From contig CACWQS010000007.1 in assembly GCA_902763155.1 (NCBI GenBank), positions 3,184-67,183 of the forward strand: 64,000 nucleotides of DNA, in the 5' to 3' direction. The notes beneath the pieces were generated by a model that was given only the letters and a program-made list of their open reading frames with translations, did not search any database and had not been told where the DNA came from. Each line of letters opens with the position of its first letter. The first letter of the stretch is position 1. The translations under genes were made by a program, and so were the position numbers. Shown here one piece after another: positions 10,008 through 21,103 of this stretch. This DNA is from an uncultured Pseudomonadota bacterium (lineage in GTDB: Bacteria; Pseudomonadota; Alphaproteobacteria; RF32; CAG-239).

Positions 10008-11017
10008 TTATTTTTCCTCGTATCAAGAGCATCACGGACCCCCTCGCCTATAAAAATCAGCATTGAAAGCAAACCGGAAAGGACAATAAAAATACTTATT
10101 CCAATCCATGGAGCTTGCAAATTATCTTTACCTTGCCGCACCAAATCTCCCAACGATGGATAATCTTCCGACAGTCCCAAACCTAAAAAATCCAGTGCAC
10201 TAAGAGAGGTTATAGCTTCTGCCATAATAAAGGGAATAAATGTAACCGAAGTAACCAAAGCATTCGGTAAAATATGCCGGAACATAATCCGTAAATTCCC
10301 TACTCCCATCACTTGTGCTGCTTTAACATATTCAAAATTACGCAATCGTAAAAATTCGGCTCTCACCATACCTGTTAGGCCGGTCCACGAAAATAACAAT
10401 AAAATTACCAGTAAACTCCAAAATGTCGGTAAAAATACACTGGCAATGATAATGAGAATAAACATTTGCGGCAGAGAATCCCATATTTCAATGACACGTT
10501 GTAATATTAAATCGGTTTTACCGCCAAAATATCCCTGCACTGCTCCGATGATAATACCTATAACCGAAGAAATTGCAGTTAGCAAAAAGGCAAATATTAC
10601 TGATAATCTGATACCATATAGTATGCGTGCCAAGATATCGCGTCCGGATTCATCCGTCCCGAGAATATGTTGTGAATCCGGAGCAGACGGAGTTGCTTGA
10701 GCCAGCTCATAATCTACCGTATTAAAAGAATACGGTATGAATGGCATTATCATCCACCCGTTTTGTTTTATATTTTGCTGAATTACAATATCTTTATAAT
10801 TAGCTTCAGTTGGAAAGTCTCCGCCGAATGATTCGTCACTATAACTTTGGAATATCGGAAAACAATAATTATTTTTATATTTTATTATCAATGGTTTATC
10901 GTTGGCAATTAATTCAGAAAATAATGAAAACACGAAGACTAAGGTAAAAATAACCAAAGCCCAGAAAGCACGCTTATTTTTTCTAAATTTTGCAATTTTT
11001 TCCCGATTGACAATCAT
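10004..11017 (-). CDS. yejE: Peptide ABC transporter permease (YejE-like)
   Basis: ELIANDKPL, LGTDESGRDILAR, EAA-loop VRAEFLRLRNFEYVKAA. Confidence 0.85.
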   Translation of the reverse strand: MIVNREKIAKFRKNKRAFWALVIFTLVFVFSLFSELIANDKPLIIKYKNNYCFPIFQSYSDESFGGDFPTEANYKDIVIQQNIKQNGWMIMPFIPYSFNTVDYELAQATPSAPDSQHILGTDESGRDILARILYGIRLSVIFAFLLTAISSVIGIIIGAVQGYFGGKTDLILQRVIEIWDSLPQMFILIIIASVFLPTFWSLLVILLLFSWTGLTGMVRAEFLRLRNFEYVKAAQVMGVGNLRIMFRHILPNALVTSVTFIPFIMAEAITSLSALDFLGLGLSEDYPSLGDLVRQGKDNLQAPWIGISIFIVLSGLLSMLIFIGEGVRDALDTRKNN

Positions 11018-11019
11018 TT

Positions 11020-13011
11020 TTATTCTACAATATTTCCCTGCAATTTTGCTTCATCATCAATAAAGTTTAGATCATCTATACCGAAATCTTCCTCAGAAAT
11101 TTCTTCATCTTCAAATTCTGTATTTTGTTTCTTAAAGATATCTGCCTCATCTTCCGGTAAAGAGGTATTGATTTTCAACCATTCTGCGTACCATTTGGTA
11201 AATTTTTCCGAATGATCAATATCAGCCCCACTACTGAGGTAATATAACTTTCTGCGTAATGCCTCATACAAACTGCCATGAATATCGAGTTTTTTGGGCT
11301 CACATTGTTCCTTAGGGTGGAATAAATATTGAGATAAAATATTGTTAGTCGGGCAAAATCCCATGTTTACTTCAGCTTTTTTCTGATGTTTATCATGTAT
11401 TGCCATACCTACCAGTCTGTTCGCCATGAAATTATCAATAAAATCTTGATATTTATAGTTTTGGAAGTTATTAACTCCGGAAGTTCCTTGTATAACCATT
11501 ACGGTATCGTCCCATAAATTTTTTTCTCTTAATTTATCAATAAACTCTTCTAATTTACCATATAAACAGCGAGTTTGTTGCAAATAGGCTGTTTGACGTT
11601 GCTCGGTATAATCTGTCTTTATCCAAGGCAGATTAGCCATATCCAACCATTCTTCTTGCGGTTTCAAACGGCAATACTCATCATATATATACATATTCGA
11701 CGGAATATCGGCAAAAACAAAATATGCCTGTCTTCCACTATCTTTTAGAATATCATCAAACAATATATCAAAAGTTTTGATAGAATTAACCACATACAAA
11801 TTATTATAATCTACGCCTACCATCGGCACTCTGTCGGCATCAATTACCGATGCTAATGTGTGGTAAATTGACGACATATTAGTCAATAGATGCATACTCG
11901 AAAGCCACTCTACCATCAAAATTTTGGTCTTTTCCCAAGTAGATAAAGACATTGAGTAAATGTTGGTTGGTTGATTAATCTTTTCAATACAACGTGTTAC
12001 ATTAATTTTATGATTAACATGACACATATCAAAATCACGTGATTTATAGGCTGAAATCTGAAATTTATTCTTTTTGAAAATATCATATAGTTGATTATCT
12101 TTCAAATAAATATATTCAGTGCGTAAATTACGAAAACGCCAATATTCCGACAAAATCCGCGTCTTTAATAAATGTTCACTGCTATGTTTATTCGACATTG
12201 GATTAAAACTGATAACCATATTGCTTAAGTATTCATGTTCCGGAGTGTATGCTTGAGGATAATTAGTAAACCCATTTTTCTGATAAAATCCTTGAATTAA
12301 GTGTTTAGTATACTGTGCATCGGAAAATTTTAAGCCATTTAAGTAAGAATATGATACCAGATTAGGAAACATAAAATATATAAATCGTTTATTACCATTT
12401 TGACGTATTGTTTGCGAATTATGCGATTCCACAAATTCGTGCGGCTCTGTATGACGCATATAAGTAACATAAACATCAGCAAATAAAATAATTGCAGCCA
12501 ATGTTAATAGCCCTTTAAATAATATTTTGTCTTGAGCAAAAATGGCAAACACAATCGCAGCTAAGACAATACCTACAACGATATAAGTCGAAACGTTGTA
12601 AGAACCAAGATTTATAGTTTGTTGCATCTGCGAAAATTGATTAAACATCGCATATACAAAACCAAATGTAATAAACGAAGCAAAGGCATATTTAGTTATG
12701 GAATGTTTGTTTAATAACCAAACAATTATCGAAACAACAGGCACTAAGCATAACAAGCTTAACAATACTTCCGGAATAGGTAAAACAGAATTATGAAAAA
12801 CCTCTACGTTACCGGAACCGGCAAATAAAATAAAATCCGTTGCCAGCAAACTTAGGCAAAAGATTATAATGAATATACTTTCAATTCCTCGATAATCCTT
12901 AAACTTTTTTTCCAGTTTTTGACCTTTCCGCGAAAAACGCCCGTCATAGTCGTGACTTAATGGTGATACGGCTCTCGAATTATCGGTTTTGTTCAAGTCA
13001 TCCAAAAACAT
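11020..13011 (-). CDS. Hypothetical membrane protein: about 5 TM segments plus a large periplasmic sulfatase/alkaline-phosphatase-like domain and acidic tail
   Basis: N-terminal hydrophobic segments; LEEFIDKLREKNLWDDTVMVIQGTSG resembles the sulfatase-fold C-terminal motif. Confidence 0.6.
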   Translation of the reverse strand: MFLDDLNKTDNSRAVSPLSHDYDGRFSRKGQKLEKKFKDYRGIESIFIIIFCLSLLATDFILFAGSGNVEVFHNSVLPIPEVLLSLLCLVPVVSIIVWLLNKHSITKYAFASFITFGFVYAMFNQFSQMQQTINLGSYNVSTYIVVGIVLAAIVFAIFAQDKILFKGLLTLAAIILFADVYVTYMRHTEPHEFVESHNSQTIRQNGNKRFIYFMFPNLVSYSYLNGLKFSDAQYTKHLIQGFYQKNGFTNYPQAYTPEHEYLSNMVISFNPMSNKHSSEHLLKTRILSEYWRFRNLRTEYIYLKDNQLYDIFKKNKFQISAYKSRDFDMCHVNHKINVTRCIEKINQPTNIYSMSLSTWEKTKILMVEWLSSMHLLTNMSSIYHTLASVIDADRVPMVGVDYNNLYVVNSIKTFDILFDDILKDSGRQAYFVFADIPSNMYIYDEYCRLKPQEEWLDMANLPWIKTDYTEQRQTAYLQQTRCLYGKLEEFIDKLREKNLWDDTVMVIQGTSGVNNFQNYKYQDFIDNFMANRLVGMAIHDKHQKKAEVNMGFCPTNNILSQYLFHPKEQCEPKKLDIHGSLYEALRRKLYYLSSGADIDHSEKFTKWYAEWLKINTSLPEDEADIFKKQNTEFEDEEISEEDFGIDDLNFIDDEAKLQGNIVE

Positions 13012-13012
13012 C

Positions 13013-14473
13013 TTATTGTTCCAGTTTTTCTTTTACCAATTTATTAACCATTGCCGGATTTGCTTTACCTTGCGACTGTTTAATCACTTGTCCCACAAAC
13101 CAACCGGCCAAATTTGTTTTGCCGTTTTTATAAGCGGCAACATTATCCGGATTAGATGCAATAACTTCTTCAACCAATGCTTCAATGGCACCGCTGTCTG
13201 TTACTTGTTTTAAGCCTTTTTCTTCAACTATTTTTTCCGGATTTTCTCCGGTTTCGCTCATAATTTCAAATACATCTTTGGCAATTTTACCGGAGATTAC
13301 TTCTTTAGAAATAAGTTCCACCAAGCGACCGAGATTTTCAGCTGAAATCGGACTTTGAGAGATATCCAAACGCTTTTTATTAAGCATGGCAAAAAAGTCG
13401 CTCATCATCCAGTTCGCCACTTTTTTGGCATCATGACCGGCGGCGGCTTTTTCAAAATAATCGGCAATTTCTTTATTTTCGCAAAGCACCATCGCATCAT
13501 AGGCCGTCAGTCCCATTGTTTCAACAAATCGTTGTTTTTTGGCATCAGGTAACTCAATCATCTCTGCTTTAACACCGTTAATATATTCATCAGACAACAC
13601 CAACGGCGGTAAATCCGGCTCCGGAAAATACCGATAATCGTGTGCAAATTCCTTTTTACGCATCACTTTCGTTTGTCCGCTGGTAGGATCGAATTGGCGT
13701 GTTTCCTGTTCAACAGTTCCGCCGTTTTCATAAACCTCAATATGTCTTTTAGCTTCATTTTCAATAGCTTGCATTACAAACTTAACGCTGTTAACGTTCT
13801 TCATTTCGCAACGCGTGCGCAATTCGCTTGAGCCATAAGGACGCACCGAAACATTAACGTCGCAACGCATTGAACCTTCGTCCATATTACCATCGCAAGT
13901 TCCTAAATAACGCAAAATCGAACGTAATTTACGCAAAAATGCTCCGGCTTCTTCCGGTGATCTGAAATCAGGCTTGGTGACAATTTCCATTAAGCCTACC
14001 CCTGCCCTATTTAAGTCAATATAGCTTTTGGTCGGGCTTAAATCGTGAATTGATTTTCCGGCATCTTGCTCAATATGCATACGTTCTATACCGATTGTTT
14101 TGCTTGTTCCGTCACTTAAATCAATTTTAACTTCCCCTTCTCCTACTATCGGGTAACGAAATTGAGTAATTTGATAATCGGTCGGCATATCGGCGTAGAA
14201 GTAGTTTTTGCGCGAAAATTCAGAATATTTATTTATTTTGGCATTAAGCCCTAAACCGGTTTTGACTGCTTGATGCACACATTCTTTGTTTATAACCGGC
14301 AACATTCCCGGCATTCCGGCATCAACGAACGAAACATTGGTATTAGGATCATCACCGAACTCTGTCGAAGCACCGCTGAAAATTTTAGATTTGGAAATAA
14401 TCTGACAATGAATTTCCAGTCCGACAACCACTTCCCATTTTCCTTTGGCGGTTTCAATAATATACTCAGCCAT
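13013..14473 (-). CDS. gatB: Asp/Glu-tRNA amidotransferase subunit B
   Basis: [38 protein letters not shown]; start moved to ATG 14473, just after the gatA stop. Confidence 0.97.
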   Translation of the reverse strand: MAEYIIETAKGKWEVVVGLEIHCQIISKSKIFSGASTEFGDDPNTNVSFVDAGMPGMLPVINKECVHQAVKTGLGLNAKINKYSEFSRKNYFYADMPTDYQITQFRYPIVGEGEVKIDLSDGTSKTIGIERMHIEQDAGKSIHDLSPTKSYIDLNRAGVGLMEIVTKPDFRSPEEAGAFLRKLRSILRYLGTCDGNMDEGSMRCDVNVSVRPYGSSELRTRCEMKNVNSVKFVMQAIENEAKRHIEVYENGGTVEQETRQFDPTSGQTKVMRKKEFAHDYRYFPEPDLPPLVLSDEYINGVKAEMIELPDAKKQRFVETMGLTAYDAMVLCENKEIADYFEKAAAGHDAKKVANWMMSDFFAMLNKKRLDISQSPISAENLGRLVELISKEVISGKIAKDVFEIMSETGENPEKIVEEKGLKQVTDSGAIEALVEEVIASNPDNVAAYKNGKTNLAGWFVGQVIKQSQGKANPAMVNKLVKEKLEQ

Positions 14474-14474
14474 T

Positions 14475-15935
14475 TTACTTCCTTTCAAACTTTGCATCGG
14501 CTTCTAATTTTGCCGCTACATTGAAAATTGTGCCTTCGTCAAACGGTTTTCCTATTAGTTGCATACCGAGCGGTAAACCGTTTTGCGCCAAACCAATCGG
14601 CAAACTCATTGCCGGTAATCCGGCTAAATTTATCGAAACCGTAAATACGTCGTTTAAATACATATTTATAGGATTTTGAAGCATACTTTCATCGCCTATC
14701 GGAAAAGCCGTAATCGGTGATGTCGGGGTTAGAATTATATCACATTGTTTGAATGCTTCCATAAAATCATTATAAATCAGTCGGCGCATTTTTTGGGCTT
14801 TGAGGTAATAGGCGTCATAATAACCGGCAGAAAGAACGTATGTTCCTATCATAATACGGCGTTTAACTTCTTTTCCGAAACCTTCGGTGCGGCTTCTGAT
14901 ATATAGTTCATCTAAATGTTCGCCTTTAGCATCAGCGCGGTATCCGTAACGAATACCGTCATAACGCGCTAAGTTTGAAGATGCTTCCGCCGGTGCTAAA
15001 ACATAATAGGTGGCAAGTGCATATTTAGTATGCGGCAACGATATTTCTTTTATTATTGCACCGCGTGCTTTGAGCATCTCAGCAGCTTTATCCCAATATG
15101 CCGCCACTTCGGCATTTAAACCTTCCGGTCGATATTCTTTAGGTAGTCCAATGACCAAACCTTTAATATCTTCTGCTAAAAAACTCGTATAATCAGGAAC
15201 CGGTAAATTGCAAGATGTCGAATCTTTGTCATCAAATCCGGCCATAGAGTTTAATAACAACGCACAATCGCGCACATCTTGAGCAATAGGTCCCGCTTGG
15301 TCTAAAGAAGACGCAAATGCCACAATACCATAACGCGAGCAACGTCCGTATGTCGGTTTAATACCGGTTACACCGCAAAATGCCGCCGGTTCGCGGATAG
15401 AACCGCCGGTATCGGTGCCGGTAGAGGCCGCACACAAATGCGCTGCCACAGCCGCAGCCGAACCGCCGGAAGAACCGCCCGGTACCAAATCTTTGTCTTT
15501 ACTCCAAGGGTTTATAACCGGCCCGAAATAGCTGGTTTCATTACTGCCGCCCATGGCAAATTCATCTAAGTTTAATTTACCTAAAAATACGGCACCGTCA
15601 TCAAGCAGATGTTGAGTTACCGTAGATTCATACGGTGGAATAAAATTATCTAAAATATGTGATGCCGCTGTGGTACGAATATCTTTGGTGCAAAATAAAT
15701 CCTTAATACCAAGCGGCAAACCTTCTAATGAACGTGCCGTACCATTGGCATAACGCTTGTCGGCTTCCCTAGCCTGTTCCAATGCTTTTTCGCCACATTC
15801 GGTAATATAAGCGTTATATTTACGCCCGTTCTCCATATTATGTAAATAGGCCTCTGTTAACTCTACCGAAGTAAATTCTTTTTTCTTTAACCCGTCCAAT
15901 GCTTCCGCAGCAGTCAATTTTGTAATATCACTCAT
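14475..15935 (-). CDS. gatA: Asp/Glu-tRNA amidotransferase subunit A
   Basis: Amidase signature [32 protein letters not shown]. Confidence 0.97.
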   Translation of the reverse strand: MSDITKLTAAEALDGLKKKEFTSVELTEAYLHNMENGRKYNAYITECGEKALEQAREADKRYANGTARSLEGLPLGIKDLFCTKDIRTTAASHILDNFIPPYESTVTQHLLDDGAVFLGKLNLDEFAMGGSNETSYFGPVINPWSKDKDLVPGGSSGGSAAAVAAHLCAASTGTDTGGSIREPAAFCGVTGIKPTYGRCSRYGIVAFASSLDQAGPIAQDVRDCALLLNSMAGFDDKDSTSCNLPVPDYTSFLAEDIKGLVIGLPKEYRPEGLNAEVAAYWDKAAEMLKARGAIIKEISLPHTKYALATYYVLAPAEASSNLARYDGIRYGYRADAKGEHLDELYIRSRTEGFGKEVKRRIMIGTYVLSAGYYDAYYLKAQKMRRLIYNDFMEAFKQCDIILTPTSPITAFPIGDESMLQNPINMYLNDVFTVSINLAGLPAMSLPIGLAQNGLPLGMQLIGKPFDEGTIFNVAAKLEADAKFERK

Positions 15936-15941
15936 CTTGTC

Positions 15942-16229
15942 TTACTCCACTACTTTAGGAACAGCAAAATAATCATATTCTGTAGCCGGTGCATTTTTCA
16001 AAACTGCATCTTTACAATGTCCGGCTGTTACCTCATCTTCACGCATTCTTAGCGGCATATCGTTTACCGCAATCAATGGCTCAACATCGTCGGTATTGAT
16101 TTCATTTAGTTCTTCAATCCATGTCAAAATTTTATTAAATTCTTCCTTTGTGGCATCAATCTTATCACTTTCAACCCGCAAACGCGATAGAAAGGCTATT
16201 CTTCTGACTGTTTCATTATCTATGGCCAT
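15942..16229 (-). CDS. gatC: Asp/Glu-tRNA amidotransferase subunit C
   Basis: IAFLSRL...MREDEVT...NAP...YFAVPKVVE; directly upstream of gatA. Confidence 0.95.
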   Translation of the reverse strand: MAIDNETVRRIAFLSRLRVESDKIDATKEEFNKILTWIEELNEINTDDVEPLIAVNDMPLRMREDEVTAGHCKDAVLKNAPATEYDYFAVPKVVE

Positions 16230-16246
16230 TTTATATCCTCTTTTTC

Positions 16247-17995
16247 TTACATCTTTATCATAAACGCTGGTAACACTGTATCATATTGCAACCGTTTGAA
16301 AAGTTTTAAATAGCGAATATCAACACCGCTGTGCATAAGCAACTTTCTTTCTTTTACTTGTCCCGCGAGCAATAATTCACTGATTTTTTCACTGAAAGTT
16401 TTGGAACGTGGATATTCTGCCAAAATAAATTTTGCATCTTCGCTCAAACCGGCTGCTTTTCTGGCACTCTCAATCGCTTCAGCATATCCGCCCATCATAT
16501 CGACCAAGCCTACTTCAAAGGCTTGCCATCCGAGCCAAACTCGACCACGGGCAATATCATTGATATTTCTCTTTAAATGTCTGTTTTCTACTACTTTTTG
16601 TGTAAAATCGTCATAAATTTCATCCAACGAAGCATTAAATAAACGTTTTTCTTCTGCTGAAAACGGTTTATTAACACTTAAAATATCAGCATTTTGCCCG
16701 ATTTTGATTTCCGCCCAATTAACTCCGATTTTTTGCCACATTTGTTGTAATGAAACTTTACCGCCCAAAACACCGATAGAACCGGTAATTGTTGTCGGTT
16801 CGGCAATTATCTTATCTCCGGCTAAAGCAATATAATAGCCACCTGATGCCGCATACCCGCTCATCGAAATAATAATCGGTATGTGTTTTTCTATTTTCAA
16901 ATTTTTCAGAGCATTATATATTTCATCAGAAGCATTATAATCGCCGCCAGGACTGTCAATTCGCACAATAATAGCCTTCAAATTAGGTAAATCGGCTATT
17001 TCGGCAATATCTGAAGCCACGCTTTTACTGCCTATTACAATTTCTCCGTCAAATTCATTGGAGCTTTCGCCCTTATCTATTACTCCGCTTAAAGTCAAAT
17101 ATGCTATAACCGGTAAATCTCCTTCGTGAGTTTTTATAGCCTGAGCATAATCTTCTACGGCAATATAATTCTCAACATTTTCTTTTTGTAAATTCTTTTC
17201 TAATTCAGGTAAATACATTATGCCGTCAATCAGTCCCAATTCTACCCCTTTTTCCGCAGAAAAAGGAGCCTGATTAACCAATTTTTTTACCTCTTTTAAT
17301 TGTCTGTTTTGTTCAATTCCGCTGATTAAAACATCAGACAGCCCTTGCGCCAGATTATTCATATCTTTCCGGTATGATGCCGACATATTTTTATCGGTGA
17401 GCGACATCATTGCCGTTTTATATTCGTATCTTGCAAAAAACTCCGGTTCTATTCCCAACTTATCCAAAAGCGAACGCACAAAAGGAACTTCTATCGCAAT
17501 ACCTGTCAGACCGATGGTGGTATGTGGTTGCATATATATTTTATCAAAAAAAGTAGCTAAATAATATTCACGATTACCCTGCCCCAGAGGTCCGAAGCCT
17601 TGTGAGAAAACATAAGCCTTTTTGCCATGACCGCGAAAATAGGCAACAGCTCTTGCTATATCTTGAACTTGAGCAAGCTCCAAATCGGTGGTATCAAGCC
17701 GTGCTACTAAGGCTTTAATATGGTTATCATGTGCCGCTAATTCTATACTTTGGATAATTTTTGAGAGTTTAATACTCGATTCTTCGGTAATTTCAGATAA
17801 TAAGCTATCATCTTCTGCTTCGGTAATATGGTGCGAAAAATCAATAGTCAAAGCACTATTATCCGGCACATATACACCGCCGCGATTATATAAATTAACA
17901 ATTACCGCTCCAATACCGATTATAAGGACAATTCCACCTAAAATGGCACAAAATGATTTTATAAACTTCCAGATTTTCTGCTTTAATTTTTTCAT
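16247..17995 (-). CDS. sppA: Signal peptide peptidase SppA (long form, S49)
   Basis: RIDSPGG, AASGGYYIA, TITGSIGV, ARGRVWLG; N-terminal anchor. Confidence 0.92.
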   Translation of the reverse strand: MKKLKQKIWKFIKSFCAILGGIVLIIGIGAVIVNLYNRGGVYVPDNSALTIDFSHHITEAEDDSLLSEITEESSIKLSKIIQSIELAAHDNHIKALVARLDTTDLELAQVQDIARAVAYFRGHGKKAYVFSQGFGPLGQGNREYYLATFFDKIYMQPHTTIGLTGIAIEVPFVRSLLDKLGIEPEFFARYEYKTAMMSLTDKNMSASYRKDMNNLAQGLSDVLISGIEQNRQLKEVKKLVNQAPFSAEKGVELGLIDGIMYLPELEKNLQKENVENYIAVEDYAQAIKTHEGDLPVIAYLTLSGVIDKGESSNEFDGEIVIGSKSVASDIAEIADLPNLKAIIVRIDSPGGDYNASDEIYNALKNLKIEKHIPIIISMSGYAASGGYYIALAGDKIIAEPTTITGSIGVLGGKVSLQQMWQKIGVNWAEIKIGQNADILSVNKPFSAEEKRLFNASLDEIYDDFTQKVVENRHLKRNINDIARGRVWLGWQAFEVGLVDMMGGYAEAIESARKAAGLSEDAKFILAEYPRSKTFSEKISELLLAGQVKERKLLMHSGVDIRYLKLFKRLQYDTVLPAFMIKM

Positions 17996-18005
17996 TGCTT
18001 TTATA

Positions 18006-18767
18006 CTAATCTTTTTTTGCTAAAAATTTTGCCACATAAGGATATTTTTCCACGGTTTCCGCATTTAATTCGGCACATTTTGTTTCAATAGCTGTTTCCA
18101 GTTCCTGCATAAATTGCTCTTTGGTTTTGCCTTTGGCGCTTATTGCCGGTAAAAACTCAAATACTGCAGTCCCCGGATAACGCAAGAAAGAATTTTTTGC
18201 CCAGAAAAAGCCGGTGTTAATCGCCACCGGAATCACCGGTAAATCCAAATTTTCCGCCAAAAACATAATCCCTGATTTATACCCTTTGGTCGTTCCCGGC
18301 TGACAACGGGTTCCTTCCGGAAAAATTACCACCGGACGGCCGGTATCGGTGCGTTTTTTCACCTCAGATAACATATGCTTCATAGCCGCCGCCCCGCCTT
18401 TGCGATTAACCGGAATCATACCATAAAAATATTGCGCCCAACCGAAAAACGGCATATAAACCAGTTCTTTTTTCAAAATATAGGTGGTTGTAGGCACAAA
18501 CTGAGTAAATGAATATGTTTCCAGAGCCGATTCGTGTTTGCAGGCATAAATGGCATTTTGCGGCAGTATATTTTCTTTACCCCTCACATCAAATTTAATA
18601 CCGGCAAACAAATGAACCCAATACAGAGCTATCGGCATTACAATTTTATCCCAGTAATAAATAGAACATTTGCGCGGTAAGAGTGCCACCGGAAGTTGGA
18701 TAATACAACCAACCATCAGAGTTCCGAAATATAATCCGTTAGCTAATAAAGATCGAATATATAACAT
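18006..18767 (-). CDS. plsC: 1-acyl-sn-glycerol-3-phosphate acyltransferase
   Basis: KHESALET (HxxxxE/D motif) and IFPEGTR. Confidence 0.85.
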   Translation of the reverse strand: MLYIRSLLANGLYFGTLMVGCIIQLPVALLPRKCSIYYWDKIVMPIALYWVHLFAGIKFDVRGKENILPQNAIYACKHESALETYSFTQFVPTTTYILKKELVYMPFFGWAQYFYGMIPVNRKGGAAAMKHMLSEVKKRTDTGRPVVIFPEGTRCQPGTTKGYKSGIMFLAENLDLPVIPVAINTGFFWAKNSFLRYPGTAVFEFLPAISAKGKTKEQFMQELETAIETKCAELNAETVEKYPYVAKFLAKKD

Positions 18768-18768
18768 A

Positions 18769-19362
18769 TTATTTCTCCAGTAATTGCAAGCGACGATGAT
18801 TAAGATAAGTATATAAAAACTTATTATATTCCGCCGCTAAAAGTTTGAAGGTTGAAAAAGAATGCCACCATTTTTTTATAATTTTTTCTGAATAAACCGG
18901 ATGTGCTATTACTTTAACCGGTAAGCTGTAAACCGACAATTCTTCCAGCGCTCGCGGCAGATGATAATTAGAAGTTACCAGATGTAAAGAATGCACATCA
19001 TTTTGAGTAATCCAATCGACAATTTCTGCCGCATTACCTATGGTATCGGTTGCATTATAACCCAAATATATTTTATGCGAATCGTTAATTTTTATTTTTG
19101 ATTTTTTTTCAATTTCTTGCAATGATGTTTTTTTAGAAACTCCGGAAATAAATAATTTATCACCGATACCATTGTTTAGAAGAGAAATCCCCTCCTCAAT
19201 ACGATGTCTTCCTCCAGTTAAAACCACAATGGCATCAGTTCTATCTTTTGAAATTTGGTAAGAATCGATTTGCCGCACAAAAAAAACAAACCCCAAGCAC
19301 CAAAGTAACATGGCACTAAAGATAGAAGAAAACAGTAATAATATTGTTTTTTTTACCTGCAT
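18769..19362 (-). CDS. YdcF/DUF218 family protein
   Basis: DAIVVLTGG, LFISG, TIGNA, LVTSNYHLPRA; conserved position after ftsX in Alphaproteobacteria. Confidence 0.9.
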   Translation of the reverse strand: MQVKKTILLLFSSIFSAMLLWCLGFVFFVRQIDSYQISKDRTDAIVVLTGGRHRIEEGISLLNNGIGDKLFISGVSKKTSLQEIEKKSKIKINDSHKIYLGYNATDTIGNAAEIVDWITQNDVHSLHLVTSNYHLPRALEELSVYSLPVKVIAHPVYSEKIIKKWWHSFSTFKLLAAEYNKFLYTYLNHRRLQLLEK

Positions 19363-19363
19363 C

Positions 19364-20278
19364 TTAAACCATTTTCTCCAACGATTTTCGCACTGTCCAA
19401 TATGAAGTTAGCATAGCGTAAAACAGAGAAAACAACGGAGTAAGCATAATCAGTGTCCATGCATAATTAGACAGACTGGCACCGTTTAGAAGTCCGCTAC
19501 CGGTTGACATACCATAACGCCCCACCAAAAGAATACACGGCACTGCTGCCAATAACCCGATAATACCGGAGAAAAATCCTATTTTAGCATAGTCTATGGC
19601 ATATAACTTGGCGATAAATCTATCCTTAGCCCCGATAATGTGCAGAATTTCAATCGACTCGAAATTTATATTTAAACTGGTGCGCGCCGAATAATATATG
19701 GAAAATGCGCAAATTGCCACCACCATCAGCAAAATTGCCAAAGCAATTGTTTTCAATGAGGTGGCAAATTTTATCAATCGATTAAGCCATAAACGGTGAT
19801 TATCAATTGAAGCATTCGGAGTTAATTGTTTCAAACCGCGAGTAATTTCATCATAGTTGAGCTCGGCATCAGGTTTTAAGCGCACGTCTAAAAGTTGCGG
19901 AATCGGTAAAGTTGACATATCAACCTTTGTACCTATCCATGGCGTCATCAATTTTTTAATGGCTTGCTCATCTAAAGTTCGCACTTCGGCAACTCCTGAT
20001 ACTTTTTCAATAAACTGTTCCACTTTATGCAGTTGCTCTTGCGTTTTAGTTTTATCTATATGTTTATCGGCGTTTTCTATCGGCGAAATTTGCACGGTTA
20101 TTGAACCGGTAATATCTTTTTCCCAACTACCGGCCATTGAACTGATAGACATAAAAATCGCCAACACAACCACAAACAAATACATATATATGGAAGTCAA
20201 AACATACATGAAGACAGATGTATCATTATCTTCAGCCGGAATCTCGTGTTTTTGTCCCATTAATAAATCTCTGCGCAT
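19364..20278 (-). CDS. ftsX: Cell division permease FtsX
   Basis: 4-TM topology, IEILHIIGA motif, downstream of ftsE. Confidence 0.88.
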   Translation of the reverse strand: MRRDLLMGQKHEIPAEDNDTSVFMYVLTSIYMYLFVVVLAIFMSISSMAGSWEKDITGSITVQISPIENADKHIDKTKTQEQLHKVEQFIEKVSGVAEVRTLDEQAIKKLMTPWIGTKVDMSTLPIPQLLDVRLKPDAELNYDEITRGLKQLTPNASIDNHRLWLNRLIKFATSLKTIALAILLMVVAICAFSIYYSARTSLNINFESIEILHIIGAKDRFIAKLYAIDYAKIGFFSGIIGLLAAVPCILLVGRYGMSTGSGLLNGASLSNYAWTLIMLTPLFSLFYAMLTSYWTVRKSLEKMV

Positions 20279-20287
20279 AATTTTCTC

Positions 20288-20986
20288 CTATATATGTTGC
20301 AATGCCGGATAAAGTTTTGCCGAGCCATCGTGTAAATGAATTCGCGGATAGTTATATGTAGACGTTAGTTGTTCATTATGGGTAGCAATAATAATCGTTG
20401 TTCCGACCTTATTAAGTTCTACAAACAGACGCATCAATTTATTGGCAATTTCCGAATCTACGCTACCGGTAGGCTCGTCGGCAAACAAAATATCCGGACG
20501 ATTTATTACAGCTCTGGCTATGGCAACACGTTGTTTTTCACCACCGGAAAGAGTACTGCATTTTTTGTAAATACTTTTATGTAACTCTACCCATTGCAAA
20601 AGCTCCACTACACGACGGTAAATTTCTTTTTCGTTCATACCTCGCACCCGCAAAGGTAAAGCAATGTTGTCATACACACTCATATTTTCCAGCAAACGGA
20701 AATCTTGAAACACCACGCCGATACGTTGACGCATTTCAGCTAATGTATCACGGTTCGAAAAATTGATATTTTGCCCGAATACCTTTAAAATTCCTTTACT
20801 TGGTCGTTTGACCAAATACAGCATACTAAGAAGTGTGGTTTTACCGGAACCGCTTCGTCCGGTAATAAAAGTGAACGAACCGTTGTCCAGTGATAATTGC
20901 ACATTACTTAAAACATCAGTTCCGTCATATCCCACGGCAACATTTTGCATATCAATAATTGCCTGTGTATTTGTTGTTTCCGTCAT
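20288..20986 (-). CDS. ftsE: Cell division ATP-binding protein FtsE
   Basis: GRSGSGKTT, IGVVFQDFRLL, LSGGEKQR, ADEPTG; ATG 20986 has an AAGGAG RBS. Confidence 0.92.
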   Translation of the reverse strand: MTETTNTQAIIDMQNVAVGYDGTDVLSNVQLSLDNGSFTFITGRSGSGKTTLLSMLYLVKRPSKGILKVFGQNINFSNRDTLAEMRQRIGVVFQDFRLLENMSVYDNIALPLRVRGMNEKEIYRRVVELLQWVELHKSIYKKCSTLSGGEKQRVAIARAVINRPDILFADEPTGSVDSEIANKLMRLFVELNKVGTTIIIATHNEQLTSTYNYPRIHLHDGSAKLYPALQHI

Positions 20987-21103
20987 AAAAAAACTCCTTT
21001 GCTTTCTTGGCATATACGTTACAACAATAATCTATTTAATAAAATACTTTTTTTAATTGCTTCTGCATAATTTTGGAATATAGTGTAAAAAAAAGAGGTT
21101 AAG

